From positions 2,771 through 66,770 of the IMG/VR virus record IMGVR_UViG_3300014656_000002: a DNA stretch of 64,000 nucleotides. One strand, written 5' to 3'. Both the position numbers and the translations under genes were made by a program. Shown here in pieces: positions 8,391 to 17,975 of this stretch. Each line of letters starts with the position of its first letter. Within the stretch, counting starts at the first letter, position 1. The DNA comes from a virus. The notes beneath the pieces were generated by a model. That model saw only the letters and a list, made by a program, of their open reading frames with translations. It made no database searches and was not told the origin of the DNA.

Positions 8391-8762
8391 GTGATGATTG
8401 ACACGTTCGGTTCGTATGTACGTAGGATGCGCGAGAAAGCGCAGATGACCCAATCGGAGCTTGCGGCATGGGTCGATGTTGACATGACCTACATCAGCAA
8501 AATCGAGAACAATGCCCTGCGCAGGCCGCCCAGCGAGAAATTGCTGATCAACATGGCGCGGGTTTTGGGGCTGGATACCCACGAATATCTGGCCGTCCTG
8601 GCCGGGCAATTCGACCTGATTGGCCTCAAGACACGCGCGCAGGAGTCTATTGTGACCGCCTCCGTGCTACGCGCCATTGCCAAAGGGGACGTCACAGATG
8701 ACATGCTTCGTGAGGCATTCCCCGGCGCGATCTGGTATCAGGTGGAGTATCCCGATGCTTAA
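8391..8762 (+). CDS. XRE-family HTH transcriptional regulator
   Basis: FGSYVRRMREKAQMTQSELAAWVDVDMTYISKIENN..RPPS. Confidence 0.9.
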   Translation: MMIDTFGSYVRRMREKAQMTQSELAAWVDVDMTYISKIENNALRRPPSEKLLINMARVLGLDTHEYLAVLAGQFDLIGLKTRAQESIVTASVLRAIAKGDVTDDMLREAFPGAIWYQVEYPDA

Positions 8763-8937
8763 ATGGCTGGGCAATATCTGTCGCGGCATAGCGTTGTGGT
8801 TGGTGGTAGTTAGCCCGTTCCGCTTCGGTCGGTTTGCGCCGACGCTATTCAACTATGGACTGGGTGCTCCGTGGCGTCGCATCGAAGACGACGAAGATGA
8901 CGTCGTGTTGGGGTTACAGGACGATCCCGATGCCTAG
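8755..8937 (+). CDS. small hypothetical protein
   Basis: overlapping start/stop coupling with both neighbours. Confidence 0.5.
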   Translation: MLKWLGNICRGIALWLVVVSPFRFGRFAPTLFNYGLGAPWRRIEDDEDDVVLGLQDDPDA

Positions 8938-9304
8938 CCCGACGCTCCCCGCCCCGGCCCCCGTCGTCACCCCGCCGCACGCGGACGGCCCGCGACTCGT
9001 CACAGTGGCGCGGTTGAAGGAGTTGCTGCGCCCGGAGGAGGTGCGTTACCGGCGCGGCGTCACCGAGTGGACGTTGCCGGAGCCTGGGTTGCGCAAGGGC
9101 CAGCCCGCGCGGCGAATGATGGTCGGGCTGCGGTTGACCCACGCGGACTTCGTGGTCAGGTATCGCGGCGAGAGGCTGTGGGGGTTTATGATCACGGGCT
9201 GGGGGAACTACTGGTGTCAATATGATCGTCATTCGCTGGACCTTGGCGGCGACTTTGCCGACGGGGACTCAGCGCTAGAGATAGTGGGGTGGCGAGATGG
9301 CTAA
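8930..9304 (+). CDS. hypothetical protein
   Basis: coupled ORF. Confidence 0.55.
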   Translation: MPSPTLPAPAPVVTPPHADGPRLVTVARLKELLRPEEVRYRRGVTEWTLPEPGLRKGQPARRMMVGLRLTHADFVVRYRGERLWGFMITGWGNYWCQYDRHSLDLGGDFADGDSALEIVGWRDG

Positions 9305-9596
9305 ACGTTATTACCTCGTGCGATTCAAATTGTATCACTACAACAGCGGGTCCGCCGATAACGGCGTCTATGAGCACACAATCAAGACCATGCGCCTTAG
9401 CCGAGCCAAGAAACTGGCATCTGAAATCGAGCAGCTGTCCTATCCGCGTATCCCTTACATTACATTAGAAGACGTAAGTGGTCAGTTGCATTTTATGGCG
9501 TCGTCCAATTTTGCGGGCAAGTTCTGTTGGGATGGCTACATTAAAGGCCTGGTCGGGGTTTACGAAGTTAGACCGCTAGAGATCGAAAACTGGTAA
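9297..9596 (+). CDS. hypothetical protein (lower GC)
   Basis: coupled ORF, 99 aa. Confidence 0.6.
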   Translation: MAKRYYLVRFKLYHYNSGSADNGVYEHTIKTMRLSRAKKLASEIEQLSYPRIPYITLEDVSGQLHFMASSNFAGKFCWDGYIKGLVGVYEVRPLEIENW

Positions 9597-9640
9597 CTTC
9601 GTGAAATGAGCTTTCTACGAAATAAAAGAGGGGGTAGGAA

Positions 9641-9847
9641 ATGAACAGAAGAAATGCCAAGATGCGCGCTCTAGACCTCGTTATCTCAATGATAGATCAG
9701 GAACTCAGAAGCCCAACCGGGTTGACTCTTGGCAGCGATGATATGGACATTCCGACGCCGGATAATTTGCAGGACTTCAAGAAGGTCCAAGATGAGTTAG
9801 AAGGGATAATGCGTCAACTTGAAGTCAAACTAGAGCGCTTCCGATGA
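9641..9847 (+). CDS. hypothetical protein
   Basis: purine-rich RBS, 68 aa. Confidence 0.6.
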   Translation: MNRRNAKMRALDLVISMIDQELRSPTGLTLGSDDMDIPTPDNLQDFKKVQDELEGIMRQLEVKLERFR

Positions 9848-9904
9848 GAAGGGCTTATTAGTAGATATATAGGCCCCTCAGAAGGGGTCGCACAGAAGGG
9901 GTAA

Positions 9905-10438
9905 ATGATGTCAGAACTGGAATTGCTGCGAGTAGTTGCGGAGGCCGCCAAGGTACTGCTGCGCGCCGTGGATGTTGAGGGCGAGTACGGCTATCGCATC
10001 ATCCCACTCTGGGCTGAGGAAGATTTGACCGCCGCCCTGGACGCGCTAGACGATGCCGCCCCGCCCACGCCGGACGCGCCCCCTGCGTACCGTGTGGGCC
10101 AGCGGGTGGTGTTGGGCGCCGACGTGAGTGTCGTTGGCGTCGTCACAGATTGGGGAAATTCCGAGTTTATGGTGCGGTGGGTGGGCGGCAGGGAAATCTG
10201 CTACCCCGCTGCGGCATGGCAAGATGGCATATATCCAAAGGGTGGCACATGGATTGGGCGAGGCTGCCCGGCCTGTGGCAAGGGATGGACTTATGAAGCA
10301 CATGAGGCGGTAGTGTGTCCACATTGTGGGTGGACAGACTCTTCCGCCCCCACCGATCCCGCCGCCCCATCGACACAGCCGAGTCCGAATAGCCATCGGC
10401 ACGGTCGCAATCGAGGACCGCGTGCCGGGGAGGAGTGA
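9905..10438 (+). CDS. hypothetical protein with SH3/KOW-like and Zn-ribbon motifs
   Basis: YRVGQRVV; CPACG...CPHCG. Confidence 0.6.
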   Translation: MMSELELLRVVAEAAKVLLRAVDVEGEYGYRIIPLWAEEDLTAALDALDDAAPPTPDAPPAYRVGQRVVLGADVSVVGVVTDWGNSEFMVRWVGGREICYPAAAWQDGIYPKGGTWIGRGCPACGKGWTYEAHEAVVCPHCGWTDSSAPTDPAAPSTQPSPNSHRHGRNRGPRAGEE

Positions 10439-10441
10439 GTG

Positions 10442-10687
10442 ATGAAGACATTGAGTGAGCAAATTGCCGAGGCTATGAAGCGGTACATGAAAGAGCGACC
10501 GCCAGTTGATACGGGGCGACTTGCACCAAGGTACCAGGTTAAGGTACATCTGGGCAGCGACGAACTGCGCGGCATGTTTCCGCTGGCAACGTGGCCGCCG
10601 CTTTACCTAATCGGGCCATTATTCACACATTACCGCCCCGCCCCGCCCGCCCAGCCGCGCCCCGCGCAGGAGGATGGCGATGCCTGA
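10442..10687 (+). CDS. hypothetical protein with HK97-gp10-like PVDTGRL motif
   Basis: AMKRYMKERPPVDTGRL; GAGGAG RBS. Confidence 0.5.
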   Translation: MKTLSEQIAEAMKRYMKERPPVDTGRLAPRYQVKVHLGSDELRGMFPLATWPPLYLIGPLFTHYRPAPPAQPRPAQEDGDA

Positions 10688-10880
10688 CTCGCCCGCCCCC
10701 AACGCCCGCTGCCGCTGGTGCTTCCAGTGGTTCACGCTACCCGTGCAATACGGCACGGAACGCGGCGCGCACTATCAGTTGAAGAGCGGCGCGTGCCCCC
10801 ACTGTGGAGCGCCCTACTTCGAGGGGCGTTATGGCTGCGTGATTGCGCCCGTGATTGAGGAGAATGAACCTAATGTCTGA
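10680..10880 (+). CDS. small Zn-finger protein
   Basis: CRWC...CPHC; AGGAGG RBS. Confidence 0.6.
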   Translation: MPDSPAPNARCRWCFQWFTLPVQYGTERGAHYQLKSGACPHCGAPYFEGRYGCVIAPVIEENEPNV

Positions 10881-11085
10881 TGATCACCGCTATCAAGTCG
10901 GACGTCTGCCCGATGGCAGCGTGCAGCTATCCATCATCCGCCCGGACAGCTTCCCAGGCCTGCCGATCATTTCCGAAATGCCGCCCGCCGTGGCGATAAA
11001 GCTGGCCGCCGCCTTGTTGGACAGCGCCGTACCAGACATCTCCGTGAACCGGGTTGCACCAGAACAGGAGGCCCCCGATGCCTGA
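10873..11085 (+). CDS. hypothetical protein
   Basis: coupled ORF, GAGGAG RBS. Confidence 0.55.
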   Translation: MSDDHRYQVGRLPDGSVQLSIIRPDSFPGLPIISEMPPAVAIKLAAALLDSAVPDISVNRVAPEQEAPDA

Positions 11086-11275
11086 CACGTATGTGCTGAC
11101 CGACGCCGAACTGGCGCGGATGGAACTTGCTGCTGTATTTGGGATGCCGGTGGAAGAGGTAAAGCGGCTGACCGCCGCCCTACGCGCCGCCCGCCGTGAG
11201 CGCGACGAGGCGCGGGCGCACGTCGCTAGATTGGAGGCGCTGCTAAAGCCTGTTTGGGGAAATGATGATGAGTAA
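11078..11275 (+). CDS. hypothetical coiled-coil protein
   Basis: AGGAGG RBS. Confidence 0.55.
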   Translation: MPDTYVLTDAELARMELAAVFGMPVEEVKRLTAALRAARRERDEARAHVARLEALLKPVWGNDDE

Positions 11276-11534
11276 AATAACCGACGCCGAACTGGACACG
11301 ATTGAGGACACCTGGAAGGCAGCGCTGGCCCACGACATGCGGCATGGCTCCGTGTCGGGCATTCCGCCGAACTTAGACGGGCACAACGCGGTGATGCGCC
11401 TGCTGGCTGAGGTGCGCGAGGCGCGGGCGCTGGTGGCGGGGCTGGCTCAAACACACAACAACGTAGAGGCGGTACGAGAAGCCCGCAAGACGCTGGTCGC
11501 GTGGCGCGGGGAGGAAGGCAGCGATGCGAGTTAA
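11262..11534 (+). CDS. hypothetical protein (Ead/Ea22-like pattern)
   Basis: ITDAELDTIE...RLLAEVREAR. Confidence 0.55.
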   Translation: MMMSKITDAELDTIEDTWKAALAHDMRHGSVSGIPPNLDGHNAVMRLLAEVREARALVAGLAQTHNNVEAVREARKTLVAWRGEEGSDAS

Positions 11535-11847
11535 CCTATTGCTGCGCTTGCAGGACATCGAAGACGAATACGGAGACGATGATATTGTGCTGACGCGCCC
11601 CTTCGATCTGCCATTCGCCCCCTTCCCCGGACTGTATCTGGAATGGGGCGACGTTCGGCAGTTGTGTATCAGGCAGGTGCTCTACGACACCACCGATGGC
11701 GCGTTCACCTGCTACCCCACAACCACGGGGCAACCTAGCAGTCTGATTGAATATTACCGGGACGGGTGGGGAGTTTCCAAGGTGCTTACATCTGAGGCGG
11801 GGCTAGCCAGGGCGGCTAGGCTTTTGAGGGAGGATGACGATGACTAA
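11524..11847 (+). CDS. hypothetical protein
   Basis: coupled ORF. Confidence 0.6.
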   Translation: MRVNLLLRLQDIEDEYGDDDIVLTRPFDLPFAPFPGLYLEWGDVRQLCIRQVLYDTTDGAFTCYPTTTGQPSSLIEYYRDGWGVSKVLTSEAGLARAARLLREDDDD

Positions 11848-12493
11848 CCCGATTCTCTCCCCCAAGCCCGGCTCTCTGTGGCGTACAGTCCGCCGCATGG
11901 CTGCGCGGTTGCGCTGGCGGGCGTTGTGGCGTTGCGGGATGCGCGTGCCCTATGATGGGCGCGGGCTTGTTCTGGATAACTTCGGCATCAAGGTCCCGCG
12001 CCATATGCGCGTCACCCTGGATAACCTGTGCCGCGCCATGCTGGCCGATGCTGATGCCGTGGCGTTGGCGCTGTACCGTCATAGCTCGGCGCTGGCTGAC
12101 AACGCCGGGCTGCGAGTGTACACCCTTGGCGACCTCATCCATGATGTTAAAGAGCGCCCAGGGCCAGCCGCAAAACTGGCGCGGCGATACTTCCCCCTGC
12201 GATTAACATGGGGATACTTTGATGATATGCGCTGGCCTAAGAATGGGCTGATCGTGCCGCTGTTGGAGTCGCCCGATGATGCCAAGCGTTGGGCATGGCA
12301 GACGGTGAGCAGCGAGTATCTGATTCCGTGGGATGCGTCCGATCTGGTCAACGCCGCCCGCGCCGCTGGCCCGACGCCGACCGCCGAGGACATTGAAGAG
12401 TGGGCGCGTATGGCGGCAGAGAGTCGCCAGCAAACCATTGATGCCACGTTTAGCCTATTTGATATCGAGGATGATTTCCTGAACGACGACTAA
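11834..12493 (+). CDS. hypothetical protein
   Basis: 219 aa, GGAGG RBS, last gene before the terminator. Confidence 0.65.
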   Translation: MTMTNPILSPKPGSLWRTVRRMAARLRWRALWRCGMRVPYDGRGLVLDNFGIKVPRHMRVTLDNLCRAMLADADAVALALYRHSSALADNAGLRVYTLGDLIHDVKERPGPAAKLARRYFPLRLTWGYFDDMRWPKNGLIVPLLESPDDAKRWAWQTVSSEYLIPWDASDLVNAARAAGPTPTAEDIEEWARMAAESRQQTIDATFSLFDIEDDFLNDD

Positions 12494-12501
12494 CGGCCTC
12501 A

Positions 12502-12540
12502 GGAGGCCCCGCGCTGGCGCGTTGAGGGGCCTCCGTTTTG
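12502..12540 (+). terminator. terminator at the early/late convergence point
   Basis: GGAGGCCCC...GGGGCCTCC followed by GTTTT. Confidence 0.6.
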
Positions 12541-12544
12541 TGCG

Positions 12545-13699
12545 CTAGCCGCCCAACCGCGCGGCGTTCTCAGCCATGATCGCCAGCGGGAACGGGTATT
12601 CCTGGCCCACTAGTGTATAACTCTCCAGCGCCTTTTGCACGGCGGGCAGTTCTGCGCCCAGGCCAAACCAACCCGGCACAGCCACATAGCCCACCCACGT
12701 TGTACCGCCCGAACCATCTACGAACTTCGAGAAACGGCCATTCGGTTGCAGCGCCCGCACAAACGTCTGATAGAAATAAGCGGGCGCGTCCGGCCAGTAC
12801 GCCGGATTGAGGCGGTTGAGTTTCAGCGCGGCATCCACGTCAAACTGGCCGTGCGAAACGTCCTCCAGGGTGTATTCCGTGCCCCACAGCCAATAGTTGT
12901 AGGCCGCGTCCGGGTACTTGGCAAAGTGCGCCCGCAGGGTGGCCGAGATCGTCTTTTCGGCATCCGCCAGCCAGGGCAGCGTAACACCTTCTAGGACGCG
13001 TAGGAACGCCACCATACGCAGCGAGTGGCTGGCAATATGAGACACGCGGCGGATCACGTCGCCATGCGTGGCGGAGCGCTTCCACCATTTGTCAGCCAGC
13101 ATCACGGCGAAATCGCGCAGCGCCGTCCAGCGCTTGGCGTAGCGTTCGTCGGTGTGTAACCCGCGCTCCTGCATTTCCCACAGCAGCCACGCCACCGATC
13201 CCGCCCAGAATATCTCTTGATGGTTGTATTCGGCGCGTGTGCCGTCTTTCGCCGTCAGCCACCAGCCGCGCCCGTCCTGGGTCGGAACGGACAGATCGAC
13301 ACGTGCCTCAGCGGCGCGCAAGCCTTCCACGAGCCACACGTGATCATACGGATCCGCCAGCCATGCCGCGCCGTGAGCATCCACGCAGTAGGAGTTGTGA
13401 TAGGTCCACATATCCTCAGCGCCGCCGTAATACATGCGCTGAATCTTGCTGTCCGGGAGCGCCCACTGGCGATCCCACTCAGCACGGTACAGCGCCAGCC
13501 AATGCGCGGCTGACTTGAGTTCGGATGGCTCCGGCTCCTGCGGCTGCGTGGCGGCATCCAGCGCCGCTTGCAGGGCGTCGTTCTGGTCGGCCAGCGTCGC
13601 GATCTTCGCCAACAGGGCGTCGGTGCCCAGCATGTCCAGCCCGCCCTGCCCTGCCAAGGCGCGGGCGATGGTGATCAGAATGTCGGACTGGTCAGTCAT
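12545..13699 (-). CDS. putative alpha-helical toroid glycan-active enzyme with N-terminal coiled coil
   Basis: Trp/Tyr-rich helical domain with SHIASH and EDVSHG motifs after a PQEPEP linker; fold is inferred. Confidence 0.45.
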   Translation of the reverse strand: MTDQSDILITIARALAGQGGLDMLGTDALLAKIATLADQNDALQAALDAATQPQEPEPSELKSAAHWLALYRAEWDRQWALPDSKIQRMYYGGAEDMWTYHNSYCVDAHGAAWLADPYDHVWLVEGLRAAEARVDLSVPTQDGRGWWLTAKDGTRAEYNHQEIFWAGSVAWLLWEMQERGLHTDERYAKRWTALRDFAVMLADKWWKRSATHGDVIRRVSHIASHSLRMVAFLRVLEGVTLPWLADAEKTISATLRAHFAKYPDAAYNYWLWGTEYTLEDVSHGQFDVDAALKLNRLNPAYWPDAPAYFYQTFVRALQPNGRFSKFVDGSGGTTWVGYVAVPGWFGLGAELPAVQKALESYTLVGQEYPFPLAIMAENAARLGG

Positions 13700-15033
13700 G
13701 CGGGCACCTCGTCTTTCACACGCTCGGCCTCAGCCAACGCTTCGGCTTGCAGTTCTAGCGCCGTCTTCTGTTCCTGGCACACGTCCACAAAGTGCGAGAT
13801 CACCGCATTCACGCGGTCGTGGAAATTGGTCTGCCCTGTTTCTAGATCGTTGAATACGTCTTGCAATCCCTCGCCAAGGTCTGACATGGCCCCATACAGC
13901 ACGGCCAGATGGGCTTGCCACGGCACGTCGGGCAGCGGTTCCGGGCCGGGCGTGGGTTCCGGTTCCGGCTCAGGTTCGGGCGCTGGCGCGTCACTCACCT
14001 CGGATAGCACCGTGCCAGATTTCAGGTTGCGCAGCGCCACATAGCCCTCTTTGCCGTCGCCGCGCCAATTGAGCCAGCGCCAGTCGCCCCCGTCCACCTC
14101 GCCTGCGCACTGCCCGGCATACGCGCCCGGCTTGAGTGTGCCCACTACCGCCGCGTTCGTGTTGGCAGCGGCGCGCACATTCAGGTTGCCGTCTGATTTC
14201 ACGGTTAGAATACAGTCAGCCCATATCATCGGATCGCCCTCCCCTACTACCGCCGCCAGCGCATCAATCGCGGGCAGCACATTAAACTCCCAGCCCTGGC
14301 CGTTTTGCCATGGGCCAGCGCAGAACAAGAACACGACTTCGATCCCGGCTGGACGGTACACGCCCTCAAGGCAGCGGCGCACTTCGTCCGCAAAGGCCTC
14401 GGCTGACAGTCCCAGGCTTTGCCATGAGCCGGTGAGGTCCATGCCCGTCTCAGTAATCCAGACCTGCGCCTGCGTATAGCCCAGCGCAGCGCACGCGTCC
14501 AGCGCGTATTGGAATCGGCCAATGTGCCACGGAACGCTTACCGCATAATCCGCGCAGACGTATTCGTGCAAGCCGAGCACATGCCAGCCGTCCTGCAAAG
14601 CCTCTAGAACGGGTTCTAACACGTCCCGCCAGTCGAGATGGTCTGGCGTACCGGTAGAGAGGTTAAGGACCACACAGCGCCGTCCCAGGGCCTTAGCCAG
14701 GGCCATTACTTCGACAGTCCAATACGCCAGCAAATCGAAGTCCGTAGTCGGCTCGTTTATGACGTGCCAATACACATCCGGGTGTAGCCCGAACCCTTGC
14801 ATATGCGCCACGAATTCGGCGGGCGTGCAATGCAGATGGGCATCATCATCCCCGCGTTGCGGGTCGGGCCAGAACGACCGGAACACGACCGTATAGCCCG
14901 CCGCCGCCATTTCATCGGCGCGCCCTACATCATCTTGTACCAGCACGTAGCGGCTGCCAAGTTTACCTAGGGCGGCGGTGAGTTCTGGCGTGCTGATACC
15001 CTGTTGGCGGGCGTTGAGTGAAAGGTCGGTCAT
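13696..15033 (-). CDS. putative endolysin: clan-A-like glycoside hydrolase + SH3b + helical tail
   Basis: VINEP, LHEY, WITETG; SH3b pattern LNVRAAANTNAAVVGTL...W...GYVA. Confidence 0.6.
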   Translation of the reverse strand: MTDLSLNARQQGISTPELTAALGKLGSRYVLVQDDVGRADEMAAAGYTVVFRSFWPDPQRGDDDAHLHCTPAEFVAHMQGFGLHPDVYWHVINEPTTDFDLLAYWTVEVMALAKALGRRCVVLNLSTGTPDHLDWRDVLEPVLEALQDGWHVLGLHEYVCADYAVSVPWHIGRFQYALDACAALGYTQAQVWITETGMDLTGSWQSLGLSAEAFADEVRRCLEGVYRPAGIEVVFLFCAGPWQNGQGWEFNVLPAIDALAAVVGEGDPMIWADCILTVKSDGNLNVRAAANTNAAVVGTLKPGAYAGQCAGEVDGGDWRWLNWRGDGKEGYVALRNLKSGTVLSEVSDAPAPEPEPEPEPTPGPEPLPDVPWQAHLAVLYGAMSDLGEGLQDVFNDLETGQTNFHDRVNAVISHFVDVCQEQKTALELQAEALAEAERVKDEVPA

Positions 15034-16133
15034 GCGGCCACCGCCTGCGTCTCTTCCTCTGCGCACAGCATGGCCTCAGTTACGGGCGCTTCCATACCAA
15101 CAGCCCGCCAGGGCGTCATACGCGGATCGGGCGTCCACAATTCGGCCCATCCGTCCAGCAAGGTCACAAAGCCCTGATTCATCTCGCGCCGGGTGCTCGT
15201 TTTCAATTGGACATAGCCGAAGCGGTACGGATTGAACATGCCGCCGCTGTCAATGACTACGTACCGATTGAACAGGTCCGGCCCTTTCCCGCTGATGTGC
15301 TGGTGCGGGATAATCATGTTGGTTTGATACTTCTGGGCCAGCAGGCTGTCGACCTTTAGCGTGTCCTTGCTATAGCTGGACTGATGCGGCACGGTCCATG
15401 ACTCGCCTGCGTTAATCACCGTCACCCGGTCATAGTTCGTCACCCGAAAGCGCTTGCGCACCGCATCACTGTCTACCAGCATTTTGGCGGCGTCGGTAAA
15501 CTCAATCTGCCCGCCATTGTTGAAAATGAACCAATCATCGTGATTGCCCGGCTCAAGCACAATATCAAACGACTGCGCCAGCCACGCTAGGCACTCCCTG
15601 CCCATCTCTACCTCTTTGCTAAACGGGTATGGGCTTTTCTTCTTTGGGTGCCTTGAGACGCCATCCCCATTAAAAAAGTCACCCGCAATAAGGCACTTTT
15701 TAATGCCGAGGTATTTGGCAACTTCGACCGCGCGCTCTAGCCAAGGCGGGTCAATCGCCGGGATATGCAAGTCATTCAGAACAAGGTAATCGCCTTCGAG
15801 AACCAGCCGCCCGTTAAAGATCGGCACGGCGTTCTCGTCGTTGGGCTGGACGCCGTAGCGGTAGGTGGATGCCCACTGCGAGGGCGGGCGCGGGGTAACA
15901 ATCGGATCATGGGGAAGGTCAACAAAGGGATTACCCCCCTGCCCTTCCCAGTCCGAGCGCAAAGATTCTAGCTTGCGGAATATTTGTAAATGCCGGTCTA
16001 TGGTCTTACGTTTGGCCCCAAGGCTATGGGCCAGCAACTCGCGCTCGTCGGGGCTTGTATCCTGCCACGCGTCGGCCAGGATGCTCATCTGCCCATAGTT
16101 CAGCTTGCTAAACGTCGTCTCGCCGTCCTGCAT
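15030..16133 (-). CDS. calcineurin-like metallophosphoesterase
   Basis: DLH, GDFFN, GNHD, PH, HQH motifs. Confidence 0.85.
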   Translation of the reverse strand: MQDGETTFSKLNYGQMSILADAWQDTSPDERELLAHSLGAKRKTIDRHLQIFRKLESLRSDWEGQGGNPFVDLPHDPIVTPRPPSQWASTYRYGVQPNDENAVPIFNGRLVLEGDYLVLNDLHIPAIDPPWLERAVEVAKYLGIKKCLIAGDFFNGDGVSRHPKKKSPYPFSKEVEMGRECLAWLAQSFDIVLEPGNHDDWFIFNNGGQIEFTDAAKMLVDSDAVRKRFRVTNYDRVTVINAGESWTVPHQSSYSKDTLKVDSLLAQKYQTNMIIPHQHISGKGPDLFNRYVVIDSGGMFNPYRFGYVQLKTSTRREMNQGFVTLLDGWAELWTPDPRMTPWRAVGMEAPVTEAMLCAEEETQAVAA

Positions 16134-16317
16134 TCTTTCCCCCTGTCACCTCAGCGGGGCCACACCGCTGGCATGGCGCGGCCCCTGTGTCGGTCTGCGT
16201 TGCTCCGAACTAGAACTTGTTTTCTGTTACCGGCGGTGGTATAATTAGGGGTATGTATAAAGGCCCAGCGGCGCTTGAGACGCCCTGAGCCATGACTAGC
16301 CTGTTGAGGAGGCCAGC

Positions 16318-16872
16318 ATGACCGATCATACCCCAAACTATCCCCCGATTCAAGATACAACTGAAGAATGGCGCGATATACCCGGCTACGAAGGCTATTA
16401 CCAGATCAGCTCTCTTGGCAGAGTCAAAAGCCTGTTCAGATACAAAAGAACAGGGGCGCCAGTTAAAGAGCGTATCCTTAAACAGCGGGTTGATCGCGGC
16501 GGCTACCTGATCGTAAACCTTCGGATAAACGGTGTTGTAAAAACCTTCAACACCCACAGGTTAGTAGCAATCGTCTTTTTGCCACCCATTGATGGAATGC
16601 CAGAAGTTAATCATAAAGATGGGTGCCGCATAAACAACCGGATCGAAAACCTGTATTGGGTATCACATCGCGGTAACGCCCTGCACGCACTCGCAACCGG
16701 CCTTATTGGTCACGGCGGGCGAAAAGGGACGCTTACCCCGCCTAAAGTAAAGCAAATCCGGGCGTATCTCCGGTTTGGGCTATCGCAAGACAAGATCGCG
16801 GCCCTCTTTGGTGTTTCCCAAGCAACCATAAGCAACATTCATCGTGGAAAAACGTGGAGTAATGTTGCCTAG
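16318..16872 (+). CDS. NUMOD4-HNH homing endonuclease with C-terminal HTH, inserted against the late operon
   Basis: EEWRDIPGYEGYYQISSLGRVKS; VNHKDGCRINNRIENLYW; own promoter (TGGTATAAT 16237-16245) and terminator. Confidence 0.9.
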   Translation: MTDHTPNYPPIQDTTEEWRDIPGYEGYYQISSLGRVKSLFRYKRTGAPVKERILKQRVDRGGYLIVNLRINGVVKTFNTHRLVAIVFLPPIDGMPEVNHKDGCRINNRIENLYWVSHRGNALHALATGLIGHGGRKGTLTPPKVKQIRAYLRFGLSQDKIAALFGVSQATISNIHRGKTWSNVA

Positions 16873-16879
16873 CTCCTCG

Positions 16880-16909
16880 GTGGGGGCCGGTTATCTGGCC
16901 CCCACTTTT
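16880..16909 (+). terminator. intrinsic terminator of the HNH cassette
   Basis: GTGGGGGCCGG-TTAT-CTGGCCCCCAC-TTTT. Confidence 0.75.
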
Positions 16910-16989
16910 GGGAGAGAGTGCGGCGGACAGCAAAGCGCGGTTGACTGCCCACCTCGTGCCAACGCGGGACCGCGCCCCGCGCCAGCACT

Positions 16990-17313
16990 CTAGCGGAGCT
17001 TGCGCGCGTCCCAAGCCGCAGCGTTCAGGCTGGGCGGTTCCTGCTGGAAGCTCGCCACAAGCTGGGCAATCGCGCGGAACAGCCCGATGAAAAAGGTGAT
17101 AGCCACAGCGGCCTGTCCAACAGCGGCGGCAATCTGAGCAGCCAGGGCGTTAGCCTCCGGCACATCCACCCCGCCGAAGTCAGCCACGAACAGCGGCAGA
17201 ATCACGTTAACCATGAGGATGATCGCCACCACCAACCCGGCAGCGGTCACGGCGAAGCGCTGGCTCGTCAGGACGCCCAAGAGCTTCTCGATAAACACAA
17301 AGATGGCTTCCAT
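16990..17313 (-). CDS. holin-like two-TM protein
   Basis: LTSQRFAVTAAGLVV... plus a second TM; basic C-terminus; lysis-module position. Confidence 0.6.
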   Translation of the reverse strand: MEAIFVFIEKLLGVLTSQRFAVTAAGLVVAIILMVNVILPLFVADFGGVDVPEANALAAQIAAAVGQAAVAITFFIGLFRAIAQLVASFQQEPPSLNAAAWDARKLR

Positions 17314-17448
17314 TTTCCTATTCCTCTCCCCCTTTTTGGGGATATACATTGTCGATACAACTCGCTCACCGCCCCAAGCCGCCCACCGTGGCGCATAACG
17401 ACAGGGGGACGCCGCCCGCACTACGGTGAGCGGCGGGGGGCGGGGATA

Positions 17449-17973
17449 CTAGGCGGGCGCAACGGGGATCGCCTTCAGCCCCGCGTTCTCGTCTGCCAGA
17501 TCGGCCTTCTCTTTGCGCAGCACGGCCAACTCGCCTTCCAGGTTTGCGATCCTGGCTAGCATGACCTTGCCCTGGTCGATAAGGTCCTGTCGCAACGCCG
17601 CGATCACCTTGTCCTGATTGGCAACCTGATCCTCCAGGTCTGTGATCTTTCGCCGCTGCGCATGGGCCTTCTCTTCTTCTTCGATGTTCTCGCGACGCTT
17701 CAACGTCTGGAGTTCAAATAGCTCAGTGCGCGTTGTGGTGAGCCTGTCCTGTATGGCGACGTTTTGCAACGTGGCGCGCTGGACGGATGCCACCAGATCA
17801 TCCATGATTGCCTGCGATTGCTGGAATGACTGATCGACCCTGTTAACGGTTGTATCAGTCTGTTGCTTGGCGGCGGCCAGCTTCGTCGTGCGAACAGCGG
17901 CATAGCCAGCAATCAGAGCTGTAAGCAAGCCTATCGCCAGATTGATAAGGATTGCGGCAGCTTCCACGTTCAT
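17449..17973 (-). CDS. membrane-anchored coiled-coil protein (lysis accessory)
   Basis: N-terminal TM then long heptad region. Confidence 0.6.
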   Translation of the reverse strand: MNVEAAAILINLAIGLLTALIAGYAAVRTTKLAAAKQQTDTTVNRVDQSFQQSQAIMDDLVASVQRATLQNVAIQDRLTTTRTELFELQTLKRRENIEEEEKAHAQRRKITDLEDQVANQDKVIAALRQDLIDQGKVMLARIANLEGELAVLRKEKADLADENAGLKAIPVAPA

Positions 17974-17975
17974 TG

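Noticed and set aside
13935-13990. Short tandem repeats (also near 36060-36180 and 52740-52785)
   Set aside because: They encode low-complexity linkers (PEPE, AEAE, NGH).
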